In this document: positions 10,048-19,519 of the stretch, in pieces | How positions within the stretch are numbered: the stretch's first letter is position 1 | Layout of the letters: each line of letters opens with the position of its first letter | IMG/VR virus record: IMGVR_UViG_3300034103_001027 | Span: 42,834 to 106,833 of that record | Strand: one strand, 5' to 3' | Length of the DNA stretch: 64,000 bases | Origin: a virus | The notes under the pieces: model-generated | Told to the model about the DNA's origin: nothing | Databases searched by the model: none | Seen by the model: the letters and a program-made list of their open reading frames with translations, nothing else | Program-made: the position numbers and the translations under genes

Positions 10048-11289
10048 CTAGTTTCTCCACCCGCTGACCCGCTCGGCGTTCTCTGGATTCATTCGAACCA
10101 TATTTGCCAGGCGAAGCGTTGGGAGAGTTTTCGATACATGCCCAACGTCTGCCGCTGGGGTTTGTTGATTTGGTACTGGCTGTCTGTTGTCAGCCAAGAG
10201 TCGTTTTTGCTGCGCCTGAGTTAGGACGGGTGCTGGCTCGGCGACTGCTGCTTGTGCTTGTGCTTGTTGAGTCCCTGCTGTCGCGAACTCAAGTGCGAGT
10301 TGTCGCAGTGTGATTTCTGGAGCGCCGGGAAGTTGTGTTCGCAATTGCGAAAGCTTGTTCTTGAAAGTGCTTCCCGCTTTAGTCCAGGCAACGTCGCCGG
10401 ATCCGAAGAAGTCTTGTTTTGGCTCGCCGTTTGCGTCCAAGTGGAACAGGACAGACTTGTTTACTTCGTGCCACTGCTGGAGTGACTGCCTGCTCTGTCG
10501 CTCTTGCTCGGCCTGGACGTAACTCTGTCGCTCTTGCTCGACTCGGGAGTTCATCTCAGCAAACCTGGCTTCGATGATTCTCTGTGCCTTTTCCTCGGCG
10601 ATTTTCTCGATAATCTCTTTGCTGTCTTCGACTACTGCCATCGGGTTCCGTAGGAGCATGTCAGCCTGCTCTCGGGATGCCCTTTCGTACTCGTTGATTG
10701 TACGGGCTGCATCGATACTCACCGCGCCGAATGAAGTAATTGGCTTGGCGTAACCACTGTCATCGCGTTCGACGTAGTTTTCCAGTAGTGGATCATACTT
10801 CTGCAGCTCACGGAACCGTCTCGCGATTTGTTGCGATTGAGTCTCTGGTCCCGTTGGTTGAGAATGTCCTGTTGTGTCCTGAGGGGCAGCCGCAGACTGA
10901 GCGGGTTGACTCTGAGAAGCTCTAAGCTGTTCTAACTCGTCCCTGAGTCGCGCTGCTTCCGACATAGCTTGCGAACCCGCCAAAGCGCGAGAGATGACGC
11001 TTTCGTAGAGTTCTGCAGGATCAGTCCCTTCATCGACAGTGATACCCTTCTGTCTGAGAAGGTCTTCAAACCTGATGGCCGCCTCTGAAGGCTGGCCCTG
11101 CCCCTGGTCTAAAACTGAAGCGGCATCCGTGCCTTCTACTGTCTCTATTCCCGGCGACAGTGCTTCAGTTGTAACCTGCGATACTTCCTCGCTAACCGTT
11201 GTAGCTGCAGTATCGCTTGTTTGAGTTGTGTCTGCTTGTGTTTTGCTGCTGGACATAAAGTCCGCAAAACGAAGTTCTTGGGATGTCAT
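10048..11289 (-). CDS. Capsid scaffolding protein
   Basis: Q/E/A-rich, low-complexity, coiled-coil protein immediately upstream of the MCP. Confidence 0.6.
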   Translation of the reverse strand: MTSQELRFADFMSSSKTQADTTQTSDTAATTVSEEVSQVTTEALSPGIETVEGTDAASVLDQGQGQPSEAAIRFEDLLRQKGITVDEGTDPAELYESVISRALAGSQAMSEAARLRDELEQLRASQSQPAQSAAAPQDTTGHSQPTGPETQSQQIARRFRELQKYDPLLENYVERDDSGYAKPITSFGAVSIDAARTINEYERASREQADMLLRNPMAVVEDSKEIIEKIAEEKAQRIIEARFAEMNSRVEQERQSYVQAEQERQSRQSLQQWHEVNKSVLFHLDANGEPKQDFFGSGDVAWTKAGSTFKNKLSQLRTQLPGAPEITLRQLALEFATAGTQQAQAQAAVAEPAPVLTQAQQKRLLADNRQPVPNQQTPAADVGHVSKTLPTLRLANMVRMNPENAERVSGWRN

Positions 11290-11461
11290 TTGTACTCTAC
11301 TGGGGGATAGTGTCGCTTTGCCATCGCTCGGGTGGCTTTAATGCGATTTATTCCCCAAGTGGAGTCAGTGACTAGAAAGCTCCCGAATTGAGTATCAAAA
11401 AAATAAAAAAATCGAAAAAGGAATAATGTGTAGGCAATGGTTCTTTTTAAGAAAGGTGTTT

Positions 11462-11674
11462 ATGGACAGTATTCCTCCAACGGAAGAGTGGCTATCAGCT
11501 AAGGAAGTGGCGGCAATCTTTGGCGTCAGCGTGTCTCGGGTTTATTTTGCGCATAGTACTGGACGCAGGAATTCGTCTGGATCGCTAGTGCGGCTGACTA
11601 TGTTTCGGACTCTGTCCGGACTGGCTACGACCAGGAAGCTCGTGGATGAGTTCCTGCTGAAGCTGAATGGTTAG
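11462..11674 (+). CDS. Small HTH DNA-binding protein (DUF1580/excisionase-like)
   Basis: 'WLSAKEVAAIFGVSVSRVY' HTH and a 'VRL...SGLATTRKLVDEFL' tail; RBS GAAAGG before ATG 11462. Confidence 0.65.
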   Translation: MDSIPPTEEWLSAKEVAAIFGVSVSRVYFAHSTGRRNSSGSLVRLTMFRTLSGLATTRKLVDEFLLKLNG

Positions 11675-11861
11675 AAGCCCATGCACTGGAAATTGTATCT
11701 TATGTGATACAATATGCATTGGCTGTGGCAGGACTCTCGATGAGATATTTCGATGGCGCGCTATGCGCGACTGCGAGAAGCTCGAGGTTTTGAGGCGGAC
11801 GGGAGCACTGGACTGTGAGTCCACTTCCAGCGATGAATCAGCCGAAGGTGATCCGCGCTAA
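11667..11861 (+). CDS. DUF1289-like putative Fe-S protein
   Basis: 'SPCTGNC...CIGCGRTLDEIFRW' signature. Confidence 0.8.
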   Translation: MVRSPCTGNCILCDTICIGCGRTLDEIFRWRAMRDCEKLEVLRRTGALDCESTSSDESAEGDPR

Positions 11862-13188
11862 ATGGCTTCTTGAGGCTGAGTCTTGCCTTGTGTTTGCACT
11901 TGCCCCACAAGCTGCTGCCAATCATCTCGTGCATGATGTCTATCTGTCTCAGCCTGCGCTGCACATAGGATCGCTTGAGCATTGTCAGATTGGCCTTGAC
12001 GCCTAGTTCCCTGGCCTTGATGGCTATGATCATGTCCTCGATTTGAGTGGTAGACAATCCGAGTTCGTACTTCATGACCCATATCTGACCGGCTTGAAGC
12101 AGTTGCTTCTTATCGACAGCCAGTCTCTTTTGGTGTTCGCTAATCTGTTCTATTTTGAATCCAGCGCGAGGGAGTCCATTTGGCCTTCCGTTTGCTTGGC
12201 ACCATGCAGCAGTTTCCTTGTTTCGATTAGACTTCATCTGGCTTTCTAATTGTGCAATTGAAGCCATCAGCGATATCCATTCCTTACCCTGCCCTGTGTC
12301 TGTCCTGATTCGCTCGCAGACGAAGTGAACGTAAGCGCCTTTTCGCTGTATCTCGGCTATTGTCTTCATGGCGTCCAGGGTATTTCGCCACCCTCGATCC
12401 ATTCGGTAGATAACGACGTCATCCCCTGGCTGCAGGTCGTTCATAAGCCGCTTACCGGCCTCTCGCTCCATAAATGGCACTGAGAAGGCGCTAATGGCAG
12501 GATCGGAGTAAACTGGCCCTACAGGGCACTGTAGCTTCTCTGCGAGGTCCTCTGCGTATTTGGCATTGGCAGTGCCTTGCCACTTCAGGCCGAGCCCTGA
12601 GACGTACTGTGGCTCTGTGGATACACGTTCGTACATGCGGATCGTGCCTGTTGGTCGCTCCGTTTTGATCTTTTGAGGCAGGACGAATTCGCTATTCATC
12701 CATTTGACTTTTGGCTTCGTGTTTGACGATTGCGAGTTTTGAAGCCTCTTGATTAGTAGTGCTTCTCTAATTCGCTCGCTTGTCACATCAGAAGCGTATT
12801 GAGCCATAGCGGCTAGGATATTCGCCTGTAGCTTCCCGGAGGCTGTGGTCGTGTTGATCTGGTTGTTGATGAAATGCACGAAGATACCCTTCTCCTCGAA
12901 GAAGTGCATCAAGTTGCAGAAGTCTCTCAGGTTTCTGCATAGTCGGTCGATCTGCAAGCATATAACGTGGTCGCCCGGCTTTACCTGCTCGATGATGCGA
13001 CCACCACCTGGGCGGCCCGCAAAGGATTTGCTCCATGCGCTGACGCCAGCATCAGTAACCACAACTTGCTCAGCCTCTGGTATAACCGAAGTGGCATAAT
13101 TGGTTGTCCTGACCATTTGGTCTGGTATACTGATGTCAGAGGCTTTGGAGTCCTTATGGCTAACGCGATTGTAAAGGAATGCTTTCAT
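11761..13188 (-). CDS. Serine recombinase with two tandem resolvase catalytic domains
   Basis: Two copies of YxRVS (YNRVS at aa 6-10, YERVS near aa 186), each followed by D-x-x-x-SA, R-x-x-G and DR(L/G)xRN motifs and helix E. Confidence 0.9.
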   Translation of the reverse strand: MKAFLYNRVSHKDSKASDISIPDQMVRTTNYATSVIPEAEQVVVTDAGVSAWSKSFAGRPGGGRIIEQVKPGDHVICLQIDRLCRNLRDFCNLMHFFEEKGIFVHFINNQINTTTASGKLQANILAAMAQYASDVTSERIREALLIKRLQNSQSSNTKPKVKWMNSEFVLPQKIKTERPTGTIRMYERVSTEPQYVSGLGLKWQGTANAKYAEDLAEKLQCPVGPVYSDPAISAFSVPFMEREAGKRLMNDLQPGDDVVIYRMDRGWRNTLDAMKTIAEIQRKGAYVHFVCERIRTDTGQGKEWISLMASIAQLESQMKSNRNKETAAWCQANGRPNGLPRAGFKIEQISEHQKRLAVDKKQLLQAGQIWVMKYELGLSTTQIEDMIIAIKARELGVKANLTMLKRSYVQRRLRQIDIMHEMIGSSLWGKCKHKARLSLKKPFSADHLRLIHRWKWTHSPVLPSASKPRASRSRA

Positions 13189-13876
13189 GGGTAAACGTCG
13201 AAAAGGAGGGATGTTTTCACCGAGTCCCTATGTGACTGGTGCGAAGCAAATGTCAACTGGAGAGGAATTGCAAGCGATTGCCGTATACCAGAAGACGAGA
13301 GATGGTAGTTTAGCGGAATCGGTACTTAAGTCAAGGGCCTCTTGGGTGCAGAGTATCATTGCTAATATACCCATGCCCAGCTTTGCTGACATGGATACGG
13401 TGTTTTCTGATGTCATGCTGGCCGTCTATGAGTCGCTCTCGAACTACGATGAATCCAAGGCGGCCCTGTCCACATACCTCTGGAGGGTTATCTATAATTC
13501 TGCACTGACCAGCGCCAAAGAGCAGGATACAAATGCTGAGCAGTTTACCCCTGAACTGATCGTCGATGAGGCCGTTGATTACTCTGAGTGCATCGAAAAC
13601 GCCCGAAAGGTCATCTTGAATACACCCCCCGAGATGCTCAATGAGCGATCCAGAAAGGTTGCGCACATGATGCTCAAGGGTTACTCCGTTCAGGAGATAG
13701 CAAGCACCTTAGACGTGACCAAGTCCGTTGCCGGTGAGATAATCACCAGCATACGTCGATACATCGCTTGGTGCATGGTCAAGCAGAATCTATCTGCAGA
13801 GCCGGTCATTAGCGACAGCGATCTTATGGATCTGGCTGAGGAGCATGAGCGGGCCAATGTGACCAAATGGCGGTAG
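13187..13876 (+). CDS. Phage sigma-70/ECF-like RNA polymerase sigma factor
   Basis: Region 2-like 'LAVYESLSNYDESKAALSTYLWRVIYN' and region 4 HTH 'GYSVQEIASTLDVTKSVA'. Confidence 0.8.
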   Translation: MGKRRKGGMFSPSPYVTGAKQMSTGEELQAIAVYQKTRDGSLAESVLKSRASWVQSIIANIPMPSFADMDTVFSDVMLAVYESLSNYDESKAALSTYLWRVIYNSALTSAKEQDTNAEQFTPELIVDEAVDYSECIENARKVILNTPPEMLNERSRKVAHMMLKGYSVQEIASTLDVTKSVAGEIITSIRRYIAWCMVKQNLSAEPVISDSDLMDLAEEHERANVTKWR

Positions 13877-13879
13877 TGG

Positions 13880-14536
13880 TTAGTCCGGCCCTAATCTCTC
13901 TAGGATCAATGGGATCAATGGGTGCCTGACGCTACTGGCTATACTGGAGAAGTGAAAGTGCTGGATTCCATCTATCCCAGAGAGTAATGTGGCAGCCCGG
14001 AACAGGCCGCTGTCTCTGATGTCTGCTTGCTCAATGTCGCCGCACATGATCAGCTTGGATCCTATGCCTATTCGCGTCAGCAGTAGCCTCATTTGTCGTA
14101 TATTGGCGTTCTGCGCCTCATCGACGACTAAGACGGTGTTCTTTAGCGTCCTGCCGCGCAAGTACGCCATAGCGACAATCTCTGATGCGATCTTTTGATC
14201 TGGTGCGTACTCCTTGATCGTGTCTGTCAGTGGATGCAAGAATGGCGACATCTTTTCGATGATGCCTCCAGGTATTGCCCCGATTTCTTCCCCGCAGGCT
14301 TCAACTGCCGGTCTTGTCAGTATCAGCTTCTTTCCCTCATGGGATAGGATGTAGTCAATTGCACAGGCTATTGCCGTGTATGTCTTTGAGCATCCTGCCG
14401 GTCCTGTCAGAAATGTTATGTCGTTTTTCTGACACGCTGCGTATGCATCTGCTTGTTCTTGAGTAACTGGTCGAAAGTGCGGTCTGTTCACGGTGTGACC
14501 TTCCGTAGTCGAGTAGAGTTTCTTTCTCTTAGACAT
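13880..14536 (-). CDS. phoH: PhoH family ATPase
   Basis: GPAGCSKT, LTRPAV, YLRGRTL, VVDEAQN, LLTRIG and GDIEQAD motifs. Confidence 0.95.
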   Translation of the reverse strand: MSKRKKLYSTTEGHTVNRPHFRPVTQEQADAYAACQKNDITFLTGPAGCSKTYTAIACAIDYILSHEGKKLILTRPAVEACGEEIGAIPGGIIEKMSPFLHPLTDTIKEYAPDQKIASEIVAMAYLRGRTLKNTVLVVDEAQNANIRQMRLLLTRIGIGSKLIMCGDIEQADIRDSGLFRAATLLSGIDGIQHFHFSSIASSVRHPLIPLILERLGPD

Positions 14537-14770
14537 TGTCGTCTTGTTCCTCTTGGATGTGCGCTGTTTGGAAGCTTTCTTTACACAGTGGGCACACCAC
14601 GATGCTTGGGTGTGTTTCGACTATAGCGCCACCCCCGTCTTCTGATCTTGCGTTGTACTCGTTATTGAGCTGCTCCTCGGAGATGACTTTAATCACGGGA
14701 TGAACGTAGTTCATTGTCCCGCAGCTATCGCATATCCATGCGAAGACTTCGAATAATTCTGCCACTCTCA
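14529..14770 (-). CDS. Small zinc-ribbon protein
   Basis: CDSC...CPLC; the start MRVAE likely overlaps the primase stop. Confidence 0.5.
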
Positions 14771-15643
14771 TGCGCTTGCAATCCTTTGCTTTTCTTGATA
14801 GACCCGCCGAACCTTGGTGATAATCTCGTGGGAACTCCACGGTGGGGATACATTGCGACCATGCCATAGGATTACTTCATGGATCGCTTCTGTTTCGCTT
14901 AATCCAGCCTCGATGCAGACCATCGTGGCGTGGTATGTTTTTACGTCTCTCTCGCCCTCGGATGCTCTGATTGTGCCTAGCACTGCCTGAGCGCTGCGAA
15001 CGTGGTTGCCAATAACCGCATGAGACACGCCCGCTGACTCCGGTCTCCAGCCCATGTTGAACACTGGTAGGTTTCCTGGCATGATCCACTTTGCGTCAAG
15101 GTTGCCAGTGCAAATGCAGACTTGATACTGAAATCCCTTGACGATACTTGGCGGCATTAGGCAGTAGCTCTTGTCTCCCTTGACATCGTAGGTAAACCCT
15201 TCAGGGGCCTCGATCTTGGAGTTTGACTTAACGTAGATGCCTGGGTGCCGGTAATAGAAGTGCATTCCCTTGCGCGATCTTACTCTCAGTGGAGTTCTTG
15301 GCCTATGCTGCAGCCAGGACTTGTAAGATTCCTTTGTGTCGCAGTCGATGACCACGTATCCATTTTCTGCGCCGGTCAGCATTGCAATGTTGACGCCTCT
15401 GAATCTCCACTTCCTTAGCGGGTTGCCAATCAGGTTGCCCCATTCCGTAGTGGGTATTTTAGTCTCCATGCCAATAGGGATGACGCTCATTCCTCGGCTT
15501 AGCATTAGGCTGGCCACTTCGCTGACTCTGTCGCATATCACAGACACATTAAGCCTCCTTGTGTGTTCTTCGGAACGGAAGTGGTGGAGCCTTTCGGAAT
15601 CTCCAGCCTGACCTGAACAGTATTGAATTGCCGCCCGGTGCAT
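14768..15643 (-). CDS. Bifunctional DNA primase/polymerase (Prim-Pol N-terminal domain plus PriCT-like domain)
   Basis: 'GMSVIPI...NIAMLTG...VVIDCD...GMHFYY...DVKG...MPPS'. The true start is probably about 40 codons downstream. Confidence 0.85.
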   Translation of the reverse strand: MHRAAIQYCSGQAGDSERLHHFRSEEHTRRLNVSVICDRVSEVASLMLSRGMSVIPIGMETKIPTTEWGNLIGNPLRKWRFRGVNIAMLTGAENGYVVIDCDTKESYKSWLQHRPRTPLRVRSRKGMHFYYRHPGIYVKSNSKIEAPEGFTYDVKGDKSYCLMPPSIVKGFQYQVCICTGNLDAKWIMPGNLPVFNMGWRPESAGVSHAVIGNHVRSAQAVLGTIRASEGERDVKTYHATMVCIEAGLSETEAIHEVILWHGRNVSPPWSSHEIITKVRRVYQEKQRIASA

Positions 15644-16046
15644 CTACAGCCGTGAAGTCGTTTTCCGCCAGGAATGTTACGGACTGCGTGTCGCTGACAT
15701 CAACCACTGCCTCTAGTGACATTGATGGCCATGTCATCAGCCGTATATGTTCGATTAAGCTGGTTCCTATACCGAGCCTTCGCTTCCTATGATCCACTGC
15801 TACGTCGAGTATCTGATGTACGCACATATCCGATACAGAGCAAAGGTATCCTACTATATTTCCGCCAAGCTCTGCAACTAAGCAGATCGCTCCTGGGTCG
15901 CTTATATGGCACGCCACTAAGTCATGACTGCCACCTATAGCATCGATGAATTGCAAGTCAATTCGCATTGCTCTGCGTACTGAAAGCTCGTTCAATTGGC
16001 AACCTCCTATCCAGTGTATGCAAGCTCCTTGCTGTCCAATAATCAA
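15549..16046 (-). CDS. GNAT (RimI-like) acetyltransferase
   Basis: 'ILDVAVDHRKRRLGIGTSL' acetyl-CoA-binding motif A. Confidence 0.7.
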   Translation of the reverse strand: MIIGQQGACIHWIGGCQLNELSVRRAMRIDLQFIDAIGGSHDLVACHISDPGAICLVAELGGNIVGYLCSVSDMCVHQILDVAVDHRKRRLGIGTSLIEHIRLMTWPSMSLEAVVDVSDTQSVTFLAENDFTAVDAPGGNSILFRSGWRFRKAPPLPFRRTHKEA

Positions 16047-16881
16047 ACTGCTTCATGGTTGCCCGAATCTTTTCTGGTATGAAGTCCGAATGCATCGTGT
16101 CTATGAATGTCCCGCATGAAGACAGCAGGTCACTGGCAGTCTTGACTCCGATACCGCAAACTCCCTGCACTCCGTTCTTGCCTACCATGCAGAGCCAGTC
16201 AATCACTTGCGTCGGCTTGATCTTATGTGTCGCCAGTAGCCAGTTGGCCCCGTAGAACTCATCTTTAGCCCTTGAGTAGATCGATGTCTTAGGACCTAAG
16301 GACTGCCAGCAATCCTTATCCTCTGTGACCATCATGCATTCAGTGTCAAGTATCTGGCACTGCATGGCTACGCTAGCCAGTACATCATCGGCCTCCCTGC
16401 CGGTGTGTACCTCGACCTGCATGCCAGAATCCCTAAGGTGCTGTATCACCATGGGCCTGAGGCGATTTAATTCCTCTTTGATTGGGTCGTTTGGTCTGTC
16501 TGACTTAAATTCCGAGTAGAGTTTTCTTCGGAAGTTATTTGAGTCATCGAACCCAACAATGAAATGCTCTGGTTTATTCGTTGTTTTTAGCTTCTTGAGG
16601 CACGCATGAATCTTCTCGTGGATTCGATCTGTGCCTTTTGAAGCAAAGGCAACGGCACATGCTATCGCTTCACCATCTACCACTTGCGTCAGTCCGGCGC
16701 GAAAGCCTATATTCTGCGAGGCTCTACGCGCCTCCGTGACGCAAATAGGTACAACGCCCCTGACCTTGTGAAGCTGTGGGATCAATTGTAGCTTTGTCAG
16801 TAGTTCGTTCGCTGTCCTGCTGGCGTGCAGCTCGTTGCAGATATCGTTAACAACCTCTTCTGCCGTTATTACGCTAGGCAT
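15958..16881 (-). CDS. 5'-3' exonuclease (PolA N-terminal/T5-FEN family)
   Basis: 'FDD...FRRKLYSEFKSDR', 'EADD', 'EDKD' and the HhH motif 'GVCGIGVKTA'. Confidence 0.9.
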   Translation of the reverse strand: MPSVITAEEVVNDICNELHASRTANELLTKLQLIPQLHKVRGVVPICVTEARRASQNIGFRAGLTQVVDGEAIACAVAFASKGTDRIHEKIHACLKKLKTTNKPEHFIVGFDDSNNFRRKLYSEFKSDRPNDPIKEELNRLRPMVIQHLRDSGMQVEVHTGREADDVLASVAMQCQILDTECMMVTEDKDCWQSLGPKTSIYSRAKDEFYGANWLLATHKIKPTQVIDWLCMVGKNGVQGVCGIGVKTASDLLSSCGTFIDTMHSDFIPEKIRATMKQFDYWTARSLHTLDRRLPIERAFSTQSNAN

Positions 16882-18448
16882 AGGCTCGCTTCCTTTGTAT
16901 CGCTAGTTCTCTTTCCTGGGCCCATCTGTGATACATGTCGTCCGGTGGGTATCCACCGTGTCTCTTGGCATATATGGCAAGTACCTGAGCGTCAGTTGGT
17001 GACTTCCCTGATCTTTTCCTCACGGAAAAGAATATCTGGCTGAGCCTCTTGAGTTCTTCAGGCTTGGGTGGTGGAGGTGGCTCGAATTGATCCATCTTGC
17101 GCTCCACGAGCCTTCCGTCCTTCTGGACGATGATTCGTGTCCTTGGATCTGCCTGGAACCCGCAGGCAGGGCATCTAAGGCCCTCAGCACGCACCGTACC
17201 GCACCTTGGGCATACAATGGGATTGGGAGCCTTACCTTCCTGCACGTCGCGTGTGCGCGATTCTGCGATCTCCTTCTCGGTCATGGAGAACATGGCCTCC
17301 CAGTCGCGATTAGCGTTGGGAGAGCCATGTCGGATCATATTGGCTCCGTGATCCTGTATAACTGCGTGGGTCTTGCCTGATTCAGGACATGCTCTAATTA
17401 CTCTTCCAACGCTTTGGACATAATTAGCCAGCGAGCCGTATGGCCTGGCTAGGATTAGGTGCCTTAGGTTAGGTATATCGATGCCCTCTTGCACGACTTG
17501 GCAGTGACATAGAACGTCAAAGTCCCCTGCCTTCATGTCGTTGAGCACTTGATTCCTGACTTTCCCCTCGGCATCGTTGTCGTAGGTCTCTCCGTTGACG
17601 ATGACTTTCTTACAGTCAATGTGAGCGACTCGATGTCCCTTCTTGAGGAATAAGTCAGCAACCCAGGCTGACTCGTCGATTCCAGGTGAAGCGCAGAGGG
17701 TCGGTAATGCATCAGGATTGAGTCTTCGCCAGTCTTCGTAGATGTACCCAACGATGGCTTGGCTCCAACATTCCTTAATGATGTCGCCGTCTGAGTATTC
17801 GCCCGTCTTTTCTGGCTTGATCTTGTCTACGTCCATTTCATGCACTGAGAAGCACTTTGCTGGCACGTGCGCGCCACAGGCCCTTAGTTCCGAATTGGTC
17901 GCAGCCACCACGACATCTCTATAGGCACCACTCATGCCTATTGGTGTTCCTGACATTCCCAGAACGTAGGCCCCTTTGGATAGGTATCTCTGGATCAGTT
18001 CAAGGGCCTTAGGTGACATGAGCATGTGAGCTTCGTCAATAATGACTAGATTCGCATCGAATAGCTGCCATCGCTCCTGGTTGATAACTCGCTGGATGTC
18101 AGTCTGGATCTGTGCTATCTGGATTCTCGCATTTGGATCGACCTTGTGTCGCATTGACGCTGCTCTCGCACCTGCCTCAATGCCATCTGATATGAGGCGA
18201 TCCATCGACTGTTGCGTCAATAAGCGACGAGGGTTGTAGATAATTACCTTTCCGCCTTGTTTTTCAAGGAGATTCACTAATCCTGTAGTTATTAAGCCTT
18301 TTCCCGAGGCCGTAGGTGCGCCTAGAACAACTGATTTAATGCCGCTACTGAACTTGTCGCATATCTGCCGAATCGATCTTATCTGATGATCCCATGGTTC
18401 TCTTGTGAAAGAGCCGTAGATGTCGTTATTAGAGAATCTCCAATCCAT
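16874..18448 (-). CDS. SF2 DEAH helicase with C-terminal zinc ribbon
   Basis: APTASGK, IDEAH, SGTP, EGIDIP, QSVGR motifs; CPRC...CPAC. Confidence 0.9.
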   Translation of the reverse strand: MDWRFSNNDIYGSFTREPWDHQIRSIRQICDKFSSGIKSVVLGAPTASGKGLITTGLVNLLEKQGGKVIIYNPRRLLTQQSMDRLISDGIEAGARAASMRHKVDPNARIQIAQIQTDIQRVINQERWQLFDANLVIIDEAHMLMSPKALELIQRYLSKGAYVLGMSGTPIGMSGAYRDVVVAATNSELRACGAHVPAKCFSVHEMDVDKIKPEKTGEYSDGDIIKECWSQAIVGYIYEDWRRLNPDALPTLCASPGIDESAWVADLFLKKGHRVAHIDCKKVIVNGETYDNDAEGKVRNQVLNDMKAGDFDVLCHCQVVQEGIDIPNLRHLILARPYGSLANYVQSVGRVIRACPESGKTHAVIQDHGANMIRHGSPNANRDWEAMFSMTEKEIAESRTRDVQEGKAPNPIVCPRCGTVRAEGLRCPACGFQADPRTRIIVQKDGRLVERKMDQFEPPPPPKPEELKRLSQIFFSVRKRSGKSPTDAQVLAIYAKRHGGYPPDDMYHRWAQERELAIQRKRAYA

Positions 18449-18465
18449 GCCTCTCGTGTCTCCTG

Positions 18466-19419
18466 TTACTCAGCTTTGAGTGAGTTTGCTTGCGTTAAGA
18501 ATTGCTTCAGTGATACCCTGCACTGCGCCGTATTGAATCCTGCTGCGTCCAGATCGCTGAGCCTCTCCTCGATCCGCTCGCACAGCGGTGTGATTGACAT
18601 GAGCGCGAATCTGAGTGACTCAGATGTCGACTTTGGTCTTATTTCGCCCTGGACTATCATCAGGCCCTGCTTGACACTGGTAACCTCTGGGTCCTCTAGG
18701 ACTGATGAGAGCAGTTCCTGTTTTTCTGGAGCGAGGCTGGATAGTTTCTTGATGCTCTGGTGATCTGCTACTACAACGCCTGAGGCGACCCGTCTTTTAA
18801 CTTCAGGGCTCATGTACTTGGATTTATTGATTGCCTCTAGATCGTCAGCCTTGGGGTTCCTTTTTGTCTTGGGTAGAGCGTCTCGCAGTGTCATATGCGG
18901 ATTCTCTTTGATCCTTTGCTCGACAGCCGATGCCTCTAGTGGCTGCAGGGTGGAGAACTCCTCCCAGTCTTTCTTGCTGTTGATGATTTCGCCGGACAGG
19001 CACTTTTCCCTGAATCCCTTGGATGCCTTGTCCATCGAGTCAGCCATCTCGATGTCTCGGTAGACAGTTCGCTCGCTGACATCGAATGCCTCAGCGACCT
19101 CCGCTGGAGATGTCATCTTGGCCATTGTTCCACGGATATATGCGACTTCTGATTCAGACAGGTTTCTCTTGCCAACCTGATTCTTTAGGACCCACAGCCG
19201 AGCCTCTTCGATATCAGCGAACTCCATCTCTTTTGTATGGGTCGCAAGGTTGTGCTTCTTGGCTATCTTGAGCCTGTGGCGACCGTCGACCAAGTATCCA
19301 TTCCATACCTTAATTTCATCTAGGACGCCATGCTCAAGGCAGTTCTCCTCGAGATCCTTGTACTCATCCCTGGTTAACGCTCGAAGGGATTCGACTAATT
19401 CCATTTTATATTCTTGCAT
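18466..19419 (-). CDS. ParB/Srx-like N-terminal domain protein with HTH
   Basis: 'LVDGRHRL', 'NQVGKRNL' and HTH 'AEVAEAFDVSERTVYRD'. Confidence 0.8.
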   Translation of the reverse strand: MQEYKMELVESLRALTRDEYKDLEENCLEHGVLDEIKVWNGYLVDGRHRLKIAKKHNLATHTKEMEFADIEEARLWVLKNQVGKRNLSESEVAYIRGTMAKMTSPAEVAEAFDVSERTVYRDIEMADSMDKASKGFREKCLSGEIINSKKDWEEFSTLQPLEASAVEQRIKENPHMTLRDALPKTKRNPKADDLEAINKSKYMSPEVKRRVASGVVVADHQSIKKLSSLAPEKQELLSSVLEDPEVTSVKQGLMIVQGEIRPKSTSESLRFALMSITPLCERIEERLSDLDAAGFNTAQCRVSLKQFLTQANSLKAE

Positions 19420-19436
19420 TTTGTCCTCCTTGAATT

Positions 19437-19465
19437 GTTTTATCTAAACTACTGGTATATGGCAA
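19437..19465 (-). promoter_or_regulatory. Sigma70-type promoter TTGCCA-N17-TAAAAC containing the repeated GACTTGCCATATA(A)CC motif
   Basis: Directly upstream of the AGGAGG RBS and ATG of the parB-like gene. Confidence 0.6.
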
Positions 19466-19519
19466 GTCTCGTGGCTAAGTGTATCGCATTAAATCTGCGC
19501 GGCGCAGGTTATGACGTTG

